Shown here piece by piece: positions 19,101 to 29,958 of a stretch of DNA of 64,000 nucleotides. The position numbers and the translations under genes were made by a program. Position 1 is the first letter of the stretch, and every line of letters starts with the position of its first letter. Source of the DNA: Opitutales bacterium (lineage in GTDB: Bacteria > Verrucomicrobiota > Verrucomicrobiia > Opitutales > UBA2987); the NCBI GenBank assembly GCA_965226885.1, contig CBDDEL010000011.1, positions 297,508 to 361,507 on the forward strand, given 5' to 3'. The notes beneath the pieces are model-generated. The model made no database searches. It saw nothing but the letters and a program-made list of their open reading frames with translations, and had not been told where the DNA came from.

Positions 19101-20030
19101 ATGGTAGGCCCGAAGCAGAAAAAGGAAGCGGTGAAGCATGTATTGGCCCAAGGGTCGTGCTCGCTGCGTCGGGCCTGTCAGTATTTTGGGTTGCACCGCT
19201 CAACCTACCTGTATGAACCCAAGAAAGCTACTGAGTATAGGCATAAACTGGTGGCACGCATCATTGCCTTTTCGAAGAAGCATCCGCGCTATGGCTATCG
19301 TCGGATCCGCGCTTTGTTGACCCATGAAGGTTGGCCCGTGAGTCGCAAATTCGTCCAAAAAGTGCGTCGTTTCGAAGGACTGGGTGTGCGGCCGCCTGGC
19401 AAGCGCCGTCGCCGGCAGGGCCAATCCACGGCTACCCCGACCCGAGCAGTGCAGCCCAACCATGTGTGGAGTTGGGACTTTGTGGCGGATCGCACCGACC
19501 GGGGCGGTCCGCTCAGGCTCTTGACACTGATCGATGAACATACCCGTCAATGCCTGGCCATTAAGGTTGCGCGCTCACTGAAAAGTGCCGATGTGGTAGA
19601 GGTATTGAACGATGCCATAAGAGAGAACGGCAAACCTCAGTGCATCCGCTCGGACAACGGATCGGAGTTTATAGCCCACCAAGTCAAAGAAGAACTGCAG
19701 CGACAGGAAATTGCCATCGCATACATTGATCCAGGAAGCCCTTGGCAGAATGGACATATAGAATCCTTTCATAATCGTTTGCGCGATGAATGCCTTAATC
19801 AGGAACTGTTCCTGAGCGTGACCGAAGCGCGTGTGGTGGTCGAACAATGGCGACACAAATACAACGCGAAACACCCCCACAGCCGATTAGGCTTTCTCTC
19901 CCCAAATACATTTGCCAGACTCTGGCGAACAATCAACAAAGCAGCGGCTGGCTCCATTCGGCCTACGGCCTCATTGCGCCACCCGCTGCAAAACCTACAA
20001 TACCAAACCTACGGAAATACTCTCACTTAA
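19101..20030 (+). CDS. IS3-family transposase OrfB (element B)
   Basis: YGYRRI, WSWDFV, RSDNGSEF, PGSPWQNGHIESF, LRDECLN. Confidence 0.9.
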   Translation: MVGPKQKKEAVKHVLAQGSCSLRRACQYFGLHRSTYLYEPKKATEYRHKLVARIIAFSKKHPRYGYRRIRALLTHEGWPVSRKFVQKVRRFEGLGVRPPGKRRRRQGQSTATPTRAVQPNHVWSWDFVADRTDRGGPLRLLTLIDEHTRQCLAIKVARSLKSADVVEVLNDAIRENGKPQCIRSDNGSEFIAHQVKEELQRQEIAIAYIDPGSPWQNGHIESFHNRLRDECLNQELFLSVTEARVVVEQWRHKYNAKHPHSRLGFLSPNTFARLWRTINKAAAGSIRPTASLRHPLQNLQYQTYGNTLT

Positions 20031-21308
20031 AGTGGTAGCAAAGATGGGGTCCGATCACTGGGCCGTCTGCTCGGAGGGATTTCGTTTCGGCATTTGTCGC
20101 GGGCTCTGGGCTGCAGCGATCTGTTGGCCGACTTTTGCCGTGTCCGGCAGATCGATGGCATCAGGGGCATCTCCAAAAGCACCCTGGAGCGGGCCTCGAA
20201 GTTTTTCAGCGAAGAGCAGTTGAGGGCCTTGCACCGGACCTTGACTGAGGTGGTGGGCGATGCCCTTCTGGCCCGGCAGGTGGGATTGGACAAGCCGATT
20301 GACACCACCATTTGCCTGATCGACGGCGCCTGTTTGGAGGCTAACATTCATTGGCCGACGGACTGGGTATTACTCAAGGATGTAGCCGGCACGTTGCTCA
20401 AAGCGATCCGGCTGATCCGCGAGAAGGCCGGTTTGCGCCATCGCATGCCGATCGAACCGGAGCCCTTGGCTCGGCAGATGAATCGGCTGTGCATACAGAT
20501 GACCCACAGCCGGCGGCGAAAGGACAGCGCGCGGCAGCGCAAGGGTATCTTGAGGCAGATGAAAAAGCTGCTCAAACGGATCGGGGAGCATGCCCGCAGT
20601 CACCGGGAATTATTGCAAGCCTGCTGGGAGCAAAGCGATTACAGCGAAAAACAGGTCCAACAGATCCTCGCCCGGATGGAGCGCATGAGCGAGCAAATCC
20701 CGGTGGTCATCAAACAGGCGCACGAGCGGATCATTGGCGGCCGCCAGGTGAAAAACGCAGAGAAAGTCTTGAGTGTTTACGAACTCGATGGGCAGGTGAT
20801 TGTGCGAGGTAAAGCGGGCCAAGAGGTCGAGTTCGGCAACACCCTGTTTTTGGGAGAAAGCGTTGAAGGGTACCTGCTGGACTGGAAACTCTACGGCAGC
20901 CGAACTCCAAGCGAAAATGAACAAATGCAAGAGAGTTTGCAAAGACAGAACCGCTTCAACCTGGAAGAACCCATAGCGGCCATGTGCGCGGACCGGGGAT
21001 TTGCCTCCCAGCGGGCCCGCCGGCAGTTAGCCCAGGAGGGAATCTACGACGCGCTCTGTCCACGCGATCCGAAGCAGTTGAAAAAACGGATGGAGGAACC
21101 ACTGTTCAGACAATTGCAAAAGCGCCGGGCCAGCACCGAAGGGCGGATCGGGGTATTGAAGAATCGCTGGCAGGCCGGGCGGTTGCGCAGCAAAGGCTTT
21201 GCCAACCGCTCGATCAGCGTAGCCTGGTCGGTACTCTCGCACAACCTATGGAAAGTAGCCAAGATGCTGGCCCAGCAAGACGAACTAAAAACCAAAGCGG
21301 CGGCCTAG

Positions 21309-24300
21309 CCCGGATATTTCGTAAAAAAAGTATCGTTGATATGCTTAACTGCTGATATACAGCAGGATAGATCAATAATTAAAGCAATATCAGCGATGAC
21401 AAAAGGTAAACAATTAAAGCTACAGTTGACAAGGGTAAAAGGCCGCCGTGTGCGGGTTGATTTCAAGGGCGGAGAGGTTACTTCGGATGCCGGACTGCTT
21501 TTGATCCGGGAAGTGGATCGGCAGTTGGGCTTGACCGAACGAGCGGCCCGACAGTTAGTGGACAAACGGCAGAAGGGCAAAGTACGCCATGAGGTATTGG
21601 GGATGCTGCGGCAGCGCGTTTACGGGCTGGTGGCGGGCTATGAGGATTTGAACGACTTTGATACCCTGCGCCACGATCCATTGTTGCAAACGGTAACGGG
21701 GCGCATTGAAACGTTGGCCAGCGCGCCGACTGTGTGTCGTTTTGAAAACGGGCAGGATCGGCGGGCGGCCTTTGCGGTAAACGAGCTGTTGGTCGAACAG
21801 TTCATGGGCTCCTTTGCCGAGGAACCCGAAGAGATCATCCTGGACTTTGACGCCACCGACAATCCGGTGCACGGGCTCCAGGAGGGACGTTTTTTCCACG
21901 GTTATTATGATCATTACTGTTTTCTGCCGCTATATGTTTTTTGCGGTGATCAGCTGCTGGTGGCCTACCTGCGGCCGAGCAAGATCGATGCCAGCAAGCA
22001 TGCCGGGGCCATCCTCAAATTGCTGGTTAAACGGATTCGCCAAAGCTGGCCCCGTACGCGGATTATTTGGCGCGCCGACAGTGGATTTTGTCGAGACCGG
22101 ATACTCTCTTGGTGCGACCGCAACGAAGTTAGCCCGGATATCTCATGAAGGGTAAAGTTTGGCTCGTTATTGCTATTGGAGATGGATTTCTTTGTATTTT
22201 GAGCAGATCGTCTTGATTTTTAGGTGTTTTTCAGGGTGTAGAGACACTGCCCCCTTTCCCCCATTGGTTCGGTAGTGCCGGGGGCAGCACCAATGCACCC
22301 TTTAGGTTGGCACCAATCGGCGGGCCGCATGGTTGAAAAGACTGGCCCAAGGATAACTCTCACTTAGGTGAAAGTGAATCGTTCGGGTGTTGCGCACGAT
22401 GACCGCTCCGATCTTGATTAATTTGAGCCGCAGGGTGTGGCATTGGGCCCGCGCCCACTTCGTCCCTTTTAAGGCTAACCGGCGCATGGCTTCCATCAAG
22501 GTGTAGGCCAGCGCCGACAAGAGCAATCGCCACTGATTGGCCCACCATTGATGGGCGCTGGTGCGCTCGCTGAACAATTGCATCTGTTCCTTGATTCGGT
22601 TCTCCATTTCACCGCGGCCACAGTATACCTTGTCGTAAAGCTCCTGGGGATCGCCCGGCAGGTTCGTCACCACGAAGCGCGGGTTGGACCCCTGTGCGGT
22701 GTGTTCGGCTTTATGGATGACCAACCGCAGCCATCGCCACGAATCGGCAGCATAGACGAAGTCCTGGAATAACCGTTGTTTTTTACCCCTTAGTTCGAAC
22801 CATTCTTTGGCCTGCTTTTGCAACTGCTGGGCGTCTTGCTGCAAGCGTGCATTGCGAGCCATCCCCACGATGTAACTAACTTCGTTGCGGTCGCACCAAG
22901 AGAGTATCCGGTCTCGACAAAATCCACTGTCGGCGCGCCAAATAATCCGCTTACGGGGCCAGCTTTGGCGAATCCGTTTAACCAGCAATTTGAGGATGGC
23001 CCCGGCATGCTTGCTGGCATCGATCTTGCTCGGCCGCAGGTAGGCCACCAGCAGCTGATCACCGCAAAAAACATATAGCGGCAGAAAACAGTAATGATCA
23101 TAATAACCGTGGAAAAAACGTCCCTCCTGGAGCCCGTGCACCGGATTGTCGGTGGCGTCAAAGTCCAGGATGATCTCTTCGGGTTCCTCGGCAAAGGAGC
23201 CCATGAACTGTTCGACCAACAGCTCGTTTACCGCAAAGGCCGCCCGCCGATCCTGCCCGTTTTCAAAACGACACAAAGTCGGCGCGCTGGCCAACGTTTC
23301 AATGCGCCCCGTTACCGTTTGCAACAATGGATCGTGGCGCAGGGTATCAAAGTCGTTCAAATCCTCATAGCCCGCCACCAGCCCGTAAACGCGCTGCCGC
23401 AGCATCCCCAATACCTCATGGCGTACTTTGCCCTTCTGCCGTTTGTCCACTAACTGTCGGGCCGCTCGTTCGGTCAAGCCCAACTGCCGATCCACTTCCC
23501 GAATCAAAAGCAGTCCGGCATCCGAAGTGACCTCTCCGCCCTTGAAATCAACCCGCACACGGCGGCCTTTTACCCTTGTCAACTGTAGCTTTAATTGTTT
23601 ACCTTTTGTCATCGCTGATATTGCTTTAATTATTGATCTATCCTGCTGTATATCAGCAGTTAAGCATATCAACGATACTTTTTTTACGAAATATCCGGGC
23701 TAGTTACATCGTGGGGATGGCTCGCAATGCACGCTTGCAGCAAGACGCCCAGCAGTTGCAAAAGCAGGCCAAAGAATGGTTCGAACTAAGGGGTAAAAAA
23801 CAACGGTTATTCCAGGACTTCGTCTATGCTGCCGATTCGTGGCGATGGCTGCGGTTGGTCATCCATAAAGCCGAACACACCGCACAGGGGTCCAACCCGC
23901 GCTTCGTGGTGACGAACCTGCCGGGCGATCCCCAGGAGCTTTACGACAAGGTATACTGTGGCCGCGGTGAAATGGAGAACCGAATCAAGGAACAGATGCA
24001 ATTGTTCAGCGAGCGCACCAGCGCCCATCAATGGTGGGCCAATCAGTGGCGATTGCTCTTGTCGGCGCTGGCCTACACCTTGATGGAAGCCATGCGCCGG
24101 TTAGCCTTAAAAGGGACGAAGTGGGCGCGGGCCCAATGCCACACCCTGCGGCTCAAATTAATCAAGATCGGAGCGGTCATCGTGCGCAACACCCGAACGA
24201 TTCACTTTCACCTAAGTGAGAGTTATCCTTGGGCCAGTCTTTTCAACCATGCGGCCCGCCGATTGGTGCCAACCTAAAGGGTGCATTGGTGCTGCCCCCG

Positions 24301-24455
24301 GCACTACCGAACCAATGGGGGAAAGGGGGCAGTGTCTCTACACCCTGAAAAACACCTAAAAATCAAGACGATCTGCTCAAAATACAAAGAAATCCATCTC
24401 CAATAGCAATAACGAGCCAAACGAGCCAAACTTTACCCTTCATGAAATATCCGGG
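21309..24455 (+). mobile_element. IS1380-family element, copy 2, interrupted by copy 3
   Basis: Both IRs present, flanks CTAG/CTAG (the stop codon of the IS5-like transposase). 9-bp tandem duplication at 24411-24428. Confidence 0.92.
22133..23699 (-). mobile_element. IS1380-family element, copy 3 (intact transposase 22302-23612), nested inverted in copy 2
   Basis: Both IRs present. Inserted at GAAG-TTAG-TTAC of copy 2; the flanks read TTAG / CTAG. Confidence 0.92.
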
Positions 24456-24654
24456 CTAGAGAGCGGAAAAGCAAGGACAATACTTTTTCACAGCCGTACT
24501 GTCGGCTCATACAAAGAAAACCAGGCAACCGGACCCCAAAACCAGTATCCTAACGTTATAGGAGAGCAAAGTTGATACTCTCCCAAATGCAAATACCTCT
24601 AAAATGAGCGCCTATCAAAAGCCCTCGCAAAAATCACCCTTTTGGGACAGCCTC

Positions 24655-26227
24655 TATAATAGAGTAGCGTGGAACAAAGAGTCGAAAGAAGGCAGCCGTT
24701 GGTGCCAGCCGGTAAGTCCTGCGGAAATCCAGGCGGCTCAAGAAGGAAAATGGCGCGTTATCCTTACTCCAAACAAAAGCGTTCCCTCTGCATGGTTCGG
24801 CGACCTGAAAGGAAAGAAATTTTTATGTTTGGCCTCGGGAGGTGGGCAGCAGGCTCCGCTCCTGGCAGCTGGCCAAGGATCAGTTTGTGGCGGACCGCGA
24901 TTCGCTCGATGTGAACACGGTGCAGGGCGATATGGCTGATCTTTCCGCCTTCGAAAACGAAAGCTTTGATCTCATCTTTCATCCCGTATCGAATGTGTTT
25001 GCGGAGAACATTGAACCCGTTTGGAAGGAATGCTTTCGTGTATTGAAATGGAACGGACGTTTGCTAACAGGGTTCATGAATCCAATGTTTTTCCTGTTCG
25101 ATCATGAAGAGGTAGAAGAAACGGGGGTTCTCCAGGTCAAATATTCATTGCCTTTTTCGGAACTGAGCAGCCTTTCAGAGGACAAGAGAGAAAAGATAAT
25201 TAAAGAAGGTTTGCCCTACGAGTTTGGGTAGTGTATAAAAAAAGAATGTTATTTTGTATTTTTAGCTGTACAAATAGCGTTAGGCAGTTTATTCTTAGTG
25301 CATGGTTACTAAAATTATTAATTGTCGGCACTGTGGAAGTGAAAATATCATTAAATTTGGCAAGACGCCCAACCATAAACAGCGCTACCGCTGCCATGAT
25401 TGTGGTAAACAAAGCCGCGAAAACCCCACAGTGAAATACACCGAAGAGCAAAAAGAAATGATCCTTCGAGTCTATCAGGAACGCAGCAGTCTACGCGGTT
25501 TACAGCGCGCCTTCGGGGTGAGTCCCAACACCGTTTTGAGTTGGTTAAAAAAAACGACAATCGCTGCGACCGCTCAAAAGCACGATTCTTGCGGCCCGCC
25601 GCCATGATGTCATTGAACTGGACGAACTGTGGTCTTTTGTGGGGCGCAAGAGCGATGCCCAATGGGTTTGGATCGCTCTTTGCCGACGCACCCGTCAAAT
25701 CCTCTCCTATGCCATTGGGCCTCGGGATTGGTATCGTTGCCGGGAACTTTACGAGCGTCTGCCACGGGCCTACAAAAGATGTGCCACCTACAGCGACTTT
25801 TGGAGCACTTATGATGAAGTCTTTCCTCATAACCGCTCCGTGGGAAAAGAAACCGGTGAAACGGCCCATGTGGAACGATGGAACAATACCCTGCGCCAAC
25901 GACTGGGTCGTTTCACACGCAAAACCCTCTCCTTTTCCAAGCTTAAGAGTATGCATGAAACCTGTCTGAGACTTTTCATTCATCAATATAATCAAGAATT
26001 AGCCACCATTCCTACTTAATACACTACCCGAGTTTGGACATACCCTGGAAGAGCAAATTGGAGGTCAAATCGCCGCAGGTTTGGTCATTTGCGGTCTCTA
26101 TGAAGACGATTGGGATGAAGAGGCAACGCCACTGGACAGATTCGGATCGGTATATATTTCGACACTTGCCATGAAAATACGGATTGAGCAAACCGCTTCA
26201 GTCAACACAGCCCAACCGCGCAACTGA
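24655..26227 (+). pseudogene. Class I SAM-dependent methyltransferase, 5'-truncated, internally deleted and IS1-interrupted
   Basis: YNRVAWN...LCLASGGGQQAPLLAA / QLAKDQFVA...QGDMADLS..FDLIFHPVSNVF...RVLK..G...YEFG [IS1] HTLEEQIGGQIAAG...YED; stop at 26225-26227. Confidence 0.85.
25227..26028 (+). mobile_element. IS1-family element, copy 3
   Basis: 802 bp, both IRs, 8-bp TSD CGAGTTTG. Confidence 0.93.
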
Positions 26228-26241
26228 GATTCGCGTTAGAT
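26183..26241 (+). other. Degenerate integron attC-like site (59 bp)
   Basis: Ends in GTTAGAT (GTTRRRY core). The inner boxes CTTCAGT/ACTGAG pair with one extra base. The inverse core is degenerate (ATTGAGC). Overlaps the 3' end of the methyltransferase. Confidence 0.45.
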
Positions 26242-26342
26242 AGCGCTCGAAAGCACTTTCATTATCTGCGTTTATTTGTATAATCCGTGGTTTTATGAAT
26301 CATTAAGGTTCACTTTTATCAGGTCGAATTTTCAAAATCAAA

Positions 26343-27395
26343 ATGGAGAAAATGAACATGCGTATCCGCTTTTTTCAAAGAATATCATCATTACTGTTAT
26401 CGGCATTGTCCTTGCTCTTCCTCGCTACGGCCAATGGCGAACCCAAAAAATGGGAACAAGGCCAGGGCTGGGGTTGGGTCTGGGGTGAAGAAGACGAGGT
26501 GGGTGCGCTCAACGAGATAACGCCAGAAATGATTCTGAAGGCCATCGGGCTGGTGAAAAAGGGCCAGGTGCGCGATCTCGGCATCGTATACGACCGAACT
26601 TCCTTCAAATGGCCGGGGCACTCGCCCGCTGAAATTATCACCTTCCGCAGTCCCGAGGGCGTTCGACGGCAAAAGGATTTGGACTTCACTTTACCCGAAA
26701 ACGGAAACACCTCGCTGACCACCTGGCATAGTTGCGCCATTTTCATCAATGACAATGTGGCTACCCAAATCGACGGTCTGGGCCACGCCGTAACCGGTGA
26801 GGACAACCATTGGTACAACGGTTTCAAAGAGGCTGACTGGGGCGGCAACTGGGGCCCGAGAAAAGCCGGTGCGGAAACCATACCCCCCGTCATTGCCCGA
26901 GGAGTGCTCATCGACGTGGCCGGCTACAAGGGCCTGGAAGTTTTGCCCTCTAAATACATCATTACCGTCGATGACCTCGAAGGCGCTCTCCAACGCCAGG
27001 GAACGGAATTACAGTTTGGCGATGTGGTTCTGGTTCGCACGGGCGTCTTGCGTTTTTGGGGAAAAACCGGGGCCGACAACGATAAAATAGCTGAATACGA
27101 TTCGGCTGGAATGCAGCTGCCGGCTGCCAAATGGCTGGTCGAGGAACACGGCGTCATCATGGTCGGTTCGGACACCTCAAGCTTCGAAATGATGCAACCG
27201 CCGCCCGTTGGAAGCGGCAGCTTTATGCCGGTGCACGATTACCTCTTAATCGAGCAAGGAGTCCACATCGCCGAATTCCATTACCTCGAAGACCTGGCCA
27301 AAGAAAAAGTTTATGAATTCCTCTACATCGCAACGACCAACAAAATCAAAGGAGCCACCGCCGGCTTCACCATGCGCCCGTTGGCTATTTATTAG
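26343..27395 (+). CDS. Secreted cyclase-family (kynurenine formamidase-like) metallohydrolase
   Basis: Signal peptide, WGxxDExGALN, TQIDGLGH, RGVLIDVA, GDVVLVRTG, VGSDT, PVH..L..GV.I.E. Confidence 0.85.
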   Translation: MEKMNMRIRFFQRISSLLLSALSLLFLATANGEPKKWEQGQGWGWVWGEEDEVGALNEITPEMILKAIGLVKKGQVRDLGIVYDRTSFKWPGHSPAEIITFRSPEGVRRQKDLDFTLPENGNTSLTTWHSCAIFINDNVATQIDGLGHAVTGEDNHWYNGFKEADWGGNWGPRKAGAETIPPVIARGVLIDVAGYKGLEVLPSKYIITVDDLEGALQRQGTELQFGDVVLVRTGVLRFWGKTGADNDKIAEYDSAGMQLPAAKWLVEEHGVIMVGSDTSSFEMMQPPPVGSGSFMPVHDYLLIEQGVHIAEFHYLEDLAKEKVYEFLYIATTNKIKGATAGFTMRPLAIY

Positions 27396-27426
27396 AACCT
27401 TATTATGCGATTGTTACCTTAATGAA

Positions 27427-27564
27427 ATGATTACCGTAGAGGAGATTGAAGCAGTGATTGAGAAACTCCCTGAAGATGCGCAGAGGGAATTGGCACAACG
27501 GTTGGCTGCTCGCCTTGGGGATGCATGGGATGAGGAGATTGAAACCGATGCTGAAGCAGGCTAA
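27427..27564 (+). pseudogene. Small antitoxin-like protein, probably truncated at the IS1380 junction
   Basis: MITVEEIEAVIEKLPEDAQRELAQRL...AWDEEIETDAEAG stops exactly in the CTAA flank. From memory, similar proteins continue with (K/R)LD. Confidence 0.5.
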
Positions 27565-29132
27565 CCCGGATATTTCATGAAGGGTAAAGTTTGGCTCGTT
27601 ATTGCTATTGGAGATGGATTTCTTTGTATTTTGAGCAGATCGTCTTGATTTTTAGGTGTTTTTCAGGGTGTAGAGACACTGCCCCCTTTCCCCCATTGGT
27701 TCGGTAGTGCCGGGGGCAGCACCAATGCACCCTTTAGGTTGGCACCAATCGGCGGGCCGCATGGTTGAAAAGACTGGCCCAAGGATAACTCTCACTTAGG
27801 TGAAAGTGAATCGTTCGGGTGTTGCGCACGATGACCGCTCCGATCTTGATTAATTTGAGCCGCAGGGTGTGGCATTGGGCCCGCGCCCACTTCGTCCCTT
27901 TTAAGGCTAACCGGCGCATGGCTTCCATCAAGGTGTAGGCCAGCGCCGACAAGAGCAATCGCCACTGATTGGCCCACCATTGATGGGCGCTGGTGCGCTC
28001 GCTGAACAATTGCATCTGTTCCTTGATTCGGTTCTCCATTTCACCGCGGCCACAGTATACCTTGTCGTAAAGCTCCTGGGGATCGCCCGGCAGGTTCGTC
28101 ACCACGAAGCGCGGGTTGGACCCCTGTGCGGTGTGTTCGGCTTTATGGATGACCAACCGCAGCCATCGCCACGAATCGGCAGCATAGACGAAGTCCTGGA
28201 ATAACCGTTGTTTTTTACCCCTTAGTTCGAACCATTCTTTGGCCTGCTTTTGCAACTGCTGGGCGTCTTGCTGCAAGCGTGCATTGCGAGCCATCCCCAC
28301 GATGTAACTAACTTCGTTGCGGTCGCACCAAGAGAGTATCCGGTCTCGACAAAATCCACTGTCGGCGCGCCAAATAATCCGCGTACGGGGCCAGCTTTGG
28401 CGAATCCGTTTAACCAGCAATTTGAGGATGGCCCCGGCATGCTTGCTGGCATCGATCTTGCTCGGCCGCAGGTAGGCCACCAGCAGCTGATCACCGCAAA
28501 AAACATATAGCGGCAGAAAACAGTAATGATCATAATAACCGTGGAAAAAACGTCCCTCCTGGAGCCCGTGCACCGGATTGTCGGTGGCGTCAAAGTCCAG
28601 GATGATCTCTTCGGGTTCCTCGGCAAAGGAGCCCATGAACTGTTCGACCAACAGCTCGTTTACCGCAAAGGCCGCCCGCCGATCCTGCCCGTTTTCAAAA
28701 CGACACAAAGTCGGCGCGCTGGCCAACGTTTCAATGCGCCCCGTTACCGTTTGCTAACAATGGATCGTGGCGCAGGGTATCAAAGTCGTTCAAATCCTCA
28801 TAGCCCGCCACCAGCCCGTAAACGCGCTGCCGCAGCATCCCCAATACCTCATGGCGTACTTTGCCCTTCTGCCGTTTGTCCACTAACTGTCGGGCCGCTC
28901 GTTCGGTCAAGCCCAACTGCCGATCCACTTCCCGGATCAAAAGCAGTCCGGCATCCGAAGTAACCTCTCCGCCCTTGAAATCAACCCGCACACGGCGGCC
29001 TTTTACCCTTGTCAACTGTAGCTTTAATTGTTTACCTTTTGTCATCGCTGATATTGCTTTAATTATTGATCTATCCTGCTGTATATCAGCAGTTAAGCAT
29101 ATCAACGATACTTTTTTTACGAAATATCCGGG
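27565..29132 (-). mobile_element. IS1380-family element, copy 4 (1-bp insertion frameshift near 28757)
   Basis: Both IRs, flanks CTAA/CTAA; GTTTGCTAACAA vs GTTTGCAACAA in the other copies. Confidence 0.92.
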
Positions 29133-29154
29133 CTAAGTTTATCTCAATATCTTT

Positions 29155-29958
29155 TCAACTCCGGAAAAAATCTTCGGCGTTGTCTTTGGGTCGGTAGCCT
29201 AGTTGTTTGATGGTTTCCGTTAGGTCAAAAATGTTTCGGTCGTTATTGCTGGTGGCATAGGCGAGGAGGTATTTGGTCTCTACATCCAGGGAGCGGCGGA
29301 AAAAGCCAAAGGGAGCGGCGGAAAAAGCCAAGGCAGTCGCGGTGGCTCAGGTAGATGGCCCGGAAATAGTCTTCGCCGCTGGTTCCCAATCTGGCGGAGG
29401 CGTTATTTTCCCGCACTATCCAGCCGATGCGCAGGCCGACGAATTCGAGGTTGTGCCGTTCGCTGTAGAGCTTGCCTAGATTTTCCCCGAAAAGTTTGGA
29501 AACGGCGTAGAGCGAATCCGGGTTGGGCGGTTCGTCGGTCTTCATGCGCCGGGTTTTTCGCGGGTCCAGGGTTTCGGGAGTGGTCAGGATGGTATTGCCG
29601 TGCTGGGTGTGGTTGGTGGTGGCAAAAACAAGCCGCCTCACGCCGGAGCGCCGGCACTCTTCGAAAACCTGAGAGGTGGCCTCGATATTATTTTTGCGCA
29701 CACTTTCCCAGGAACCCAATGTGCTGGGGTCGGCGGCAAGGTGAATGACCGCGTGCAGTCCCTCGAATTTGCCTTTGACCCTTTGACCTCGTCTTCATCC
29801 GACAGATCGCAGCAGACGGACGGAAATGAGACCGGACCGAGGGTGAAAGAGGTCAGATCGCAATCGTTTTGCAAGCCTTCGCGGAGGATACCGCCGATAA
29901 GGCCATCCGCGGCCGTTATGCCAATTTTTTTTATCGTTTTTGAAGATAGATTGCTCAG
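29155..29958 (-). pseudogene. NAD-dependent epimerase/uronate dehydrogenase-like SDR with two frameshifts
   Basis: KKIGITAADGLIG...AVIHLAA...YAVSKLFGE...LRIGW...LSHRDC...LGYRPKDNAE. The frame is broken by 8-bp (29772-29787) and 22-bp (29288-29331) tandem duplications. The start codon is uncertain. Confidence 0.82.

Larger units (their letters stand above)
17488..20057 (+). mobile_element. IS3-family (IS407-group-like) element B, interrupted by IS3 element A
   Basis: TG...CA ends with imperfect IR (TGATGTGACC...CTACCA...GTGAGAGT vs TGATCGGACC...CTACCA...GTGAGAGT). orfA starts at 17556 (MKQKRYTPEQIITI) and resumes after 18926. A7 slip site at the orfA/orfB junction. No TSD. Confidence 0.88.
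20058..24654 (+). mobile_element. IS5/ISNCY-like element, 5'-truncated copy carrying two nested IS1380
   Basis: Near-identical to 46217-47662. The transposase fragment ends at TAG 21308; the 3' end resumes at 24456 and finishes with the IR TTTTGGGACAGCCTC. Confidence 0.88.

Noticed and set aside
24604-24939. 111-aa ORF as a real gene
   Set aside because: Its start lies inside the IS right end; it is a fusion with the methyltransferase remnant.
21309-29132. Composite transposon bounded by IS1380 copies 2 and 4
   Set aside because: The outer flanks differ (CTAG vs CTAA) and copy 2 has its own matching flanks inside another IS.
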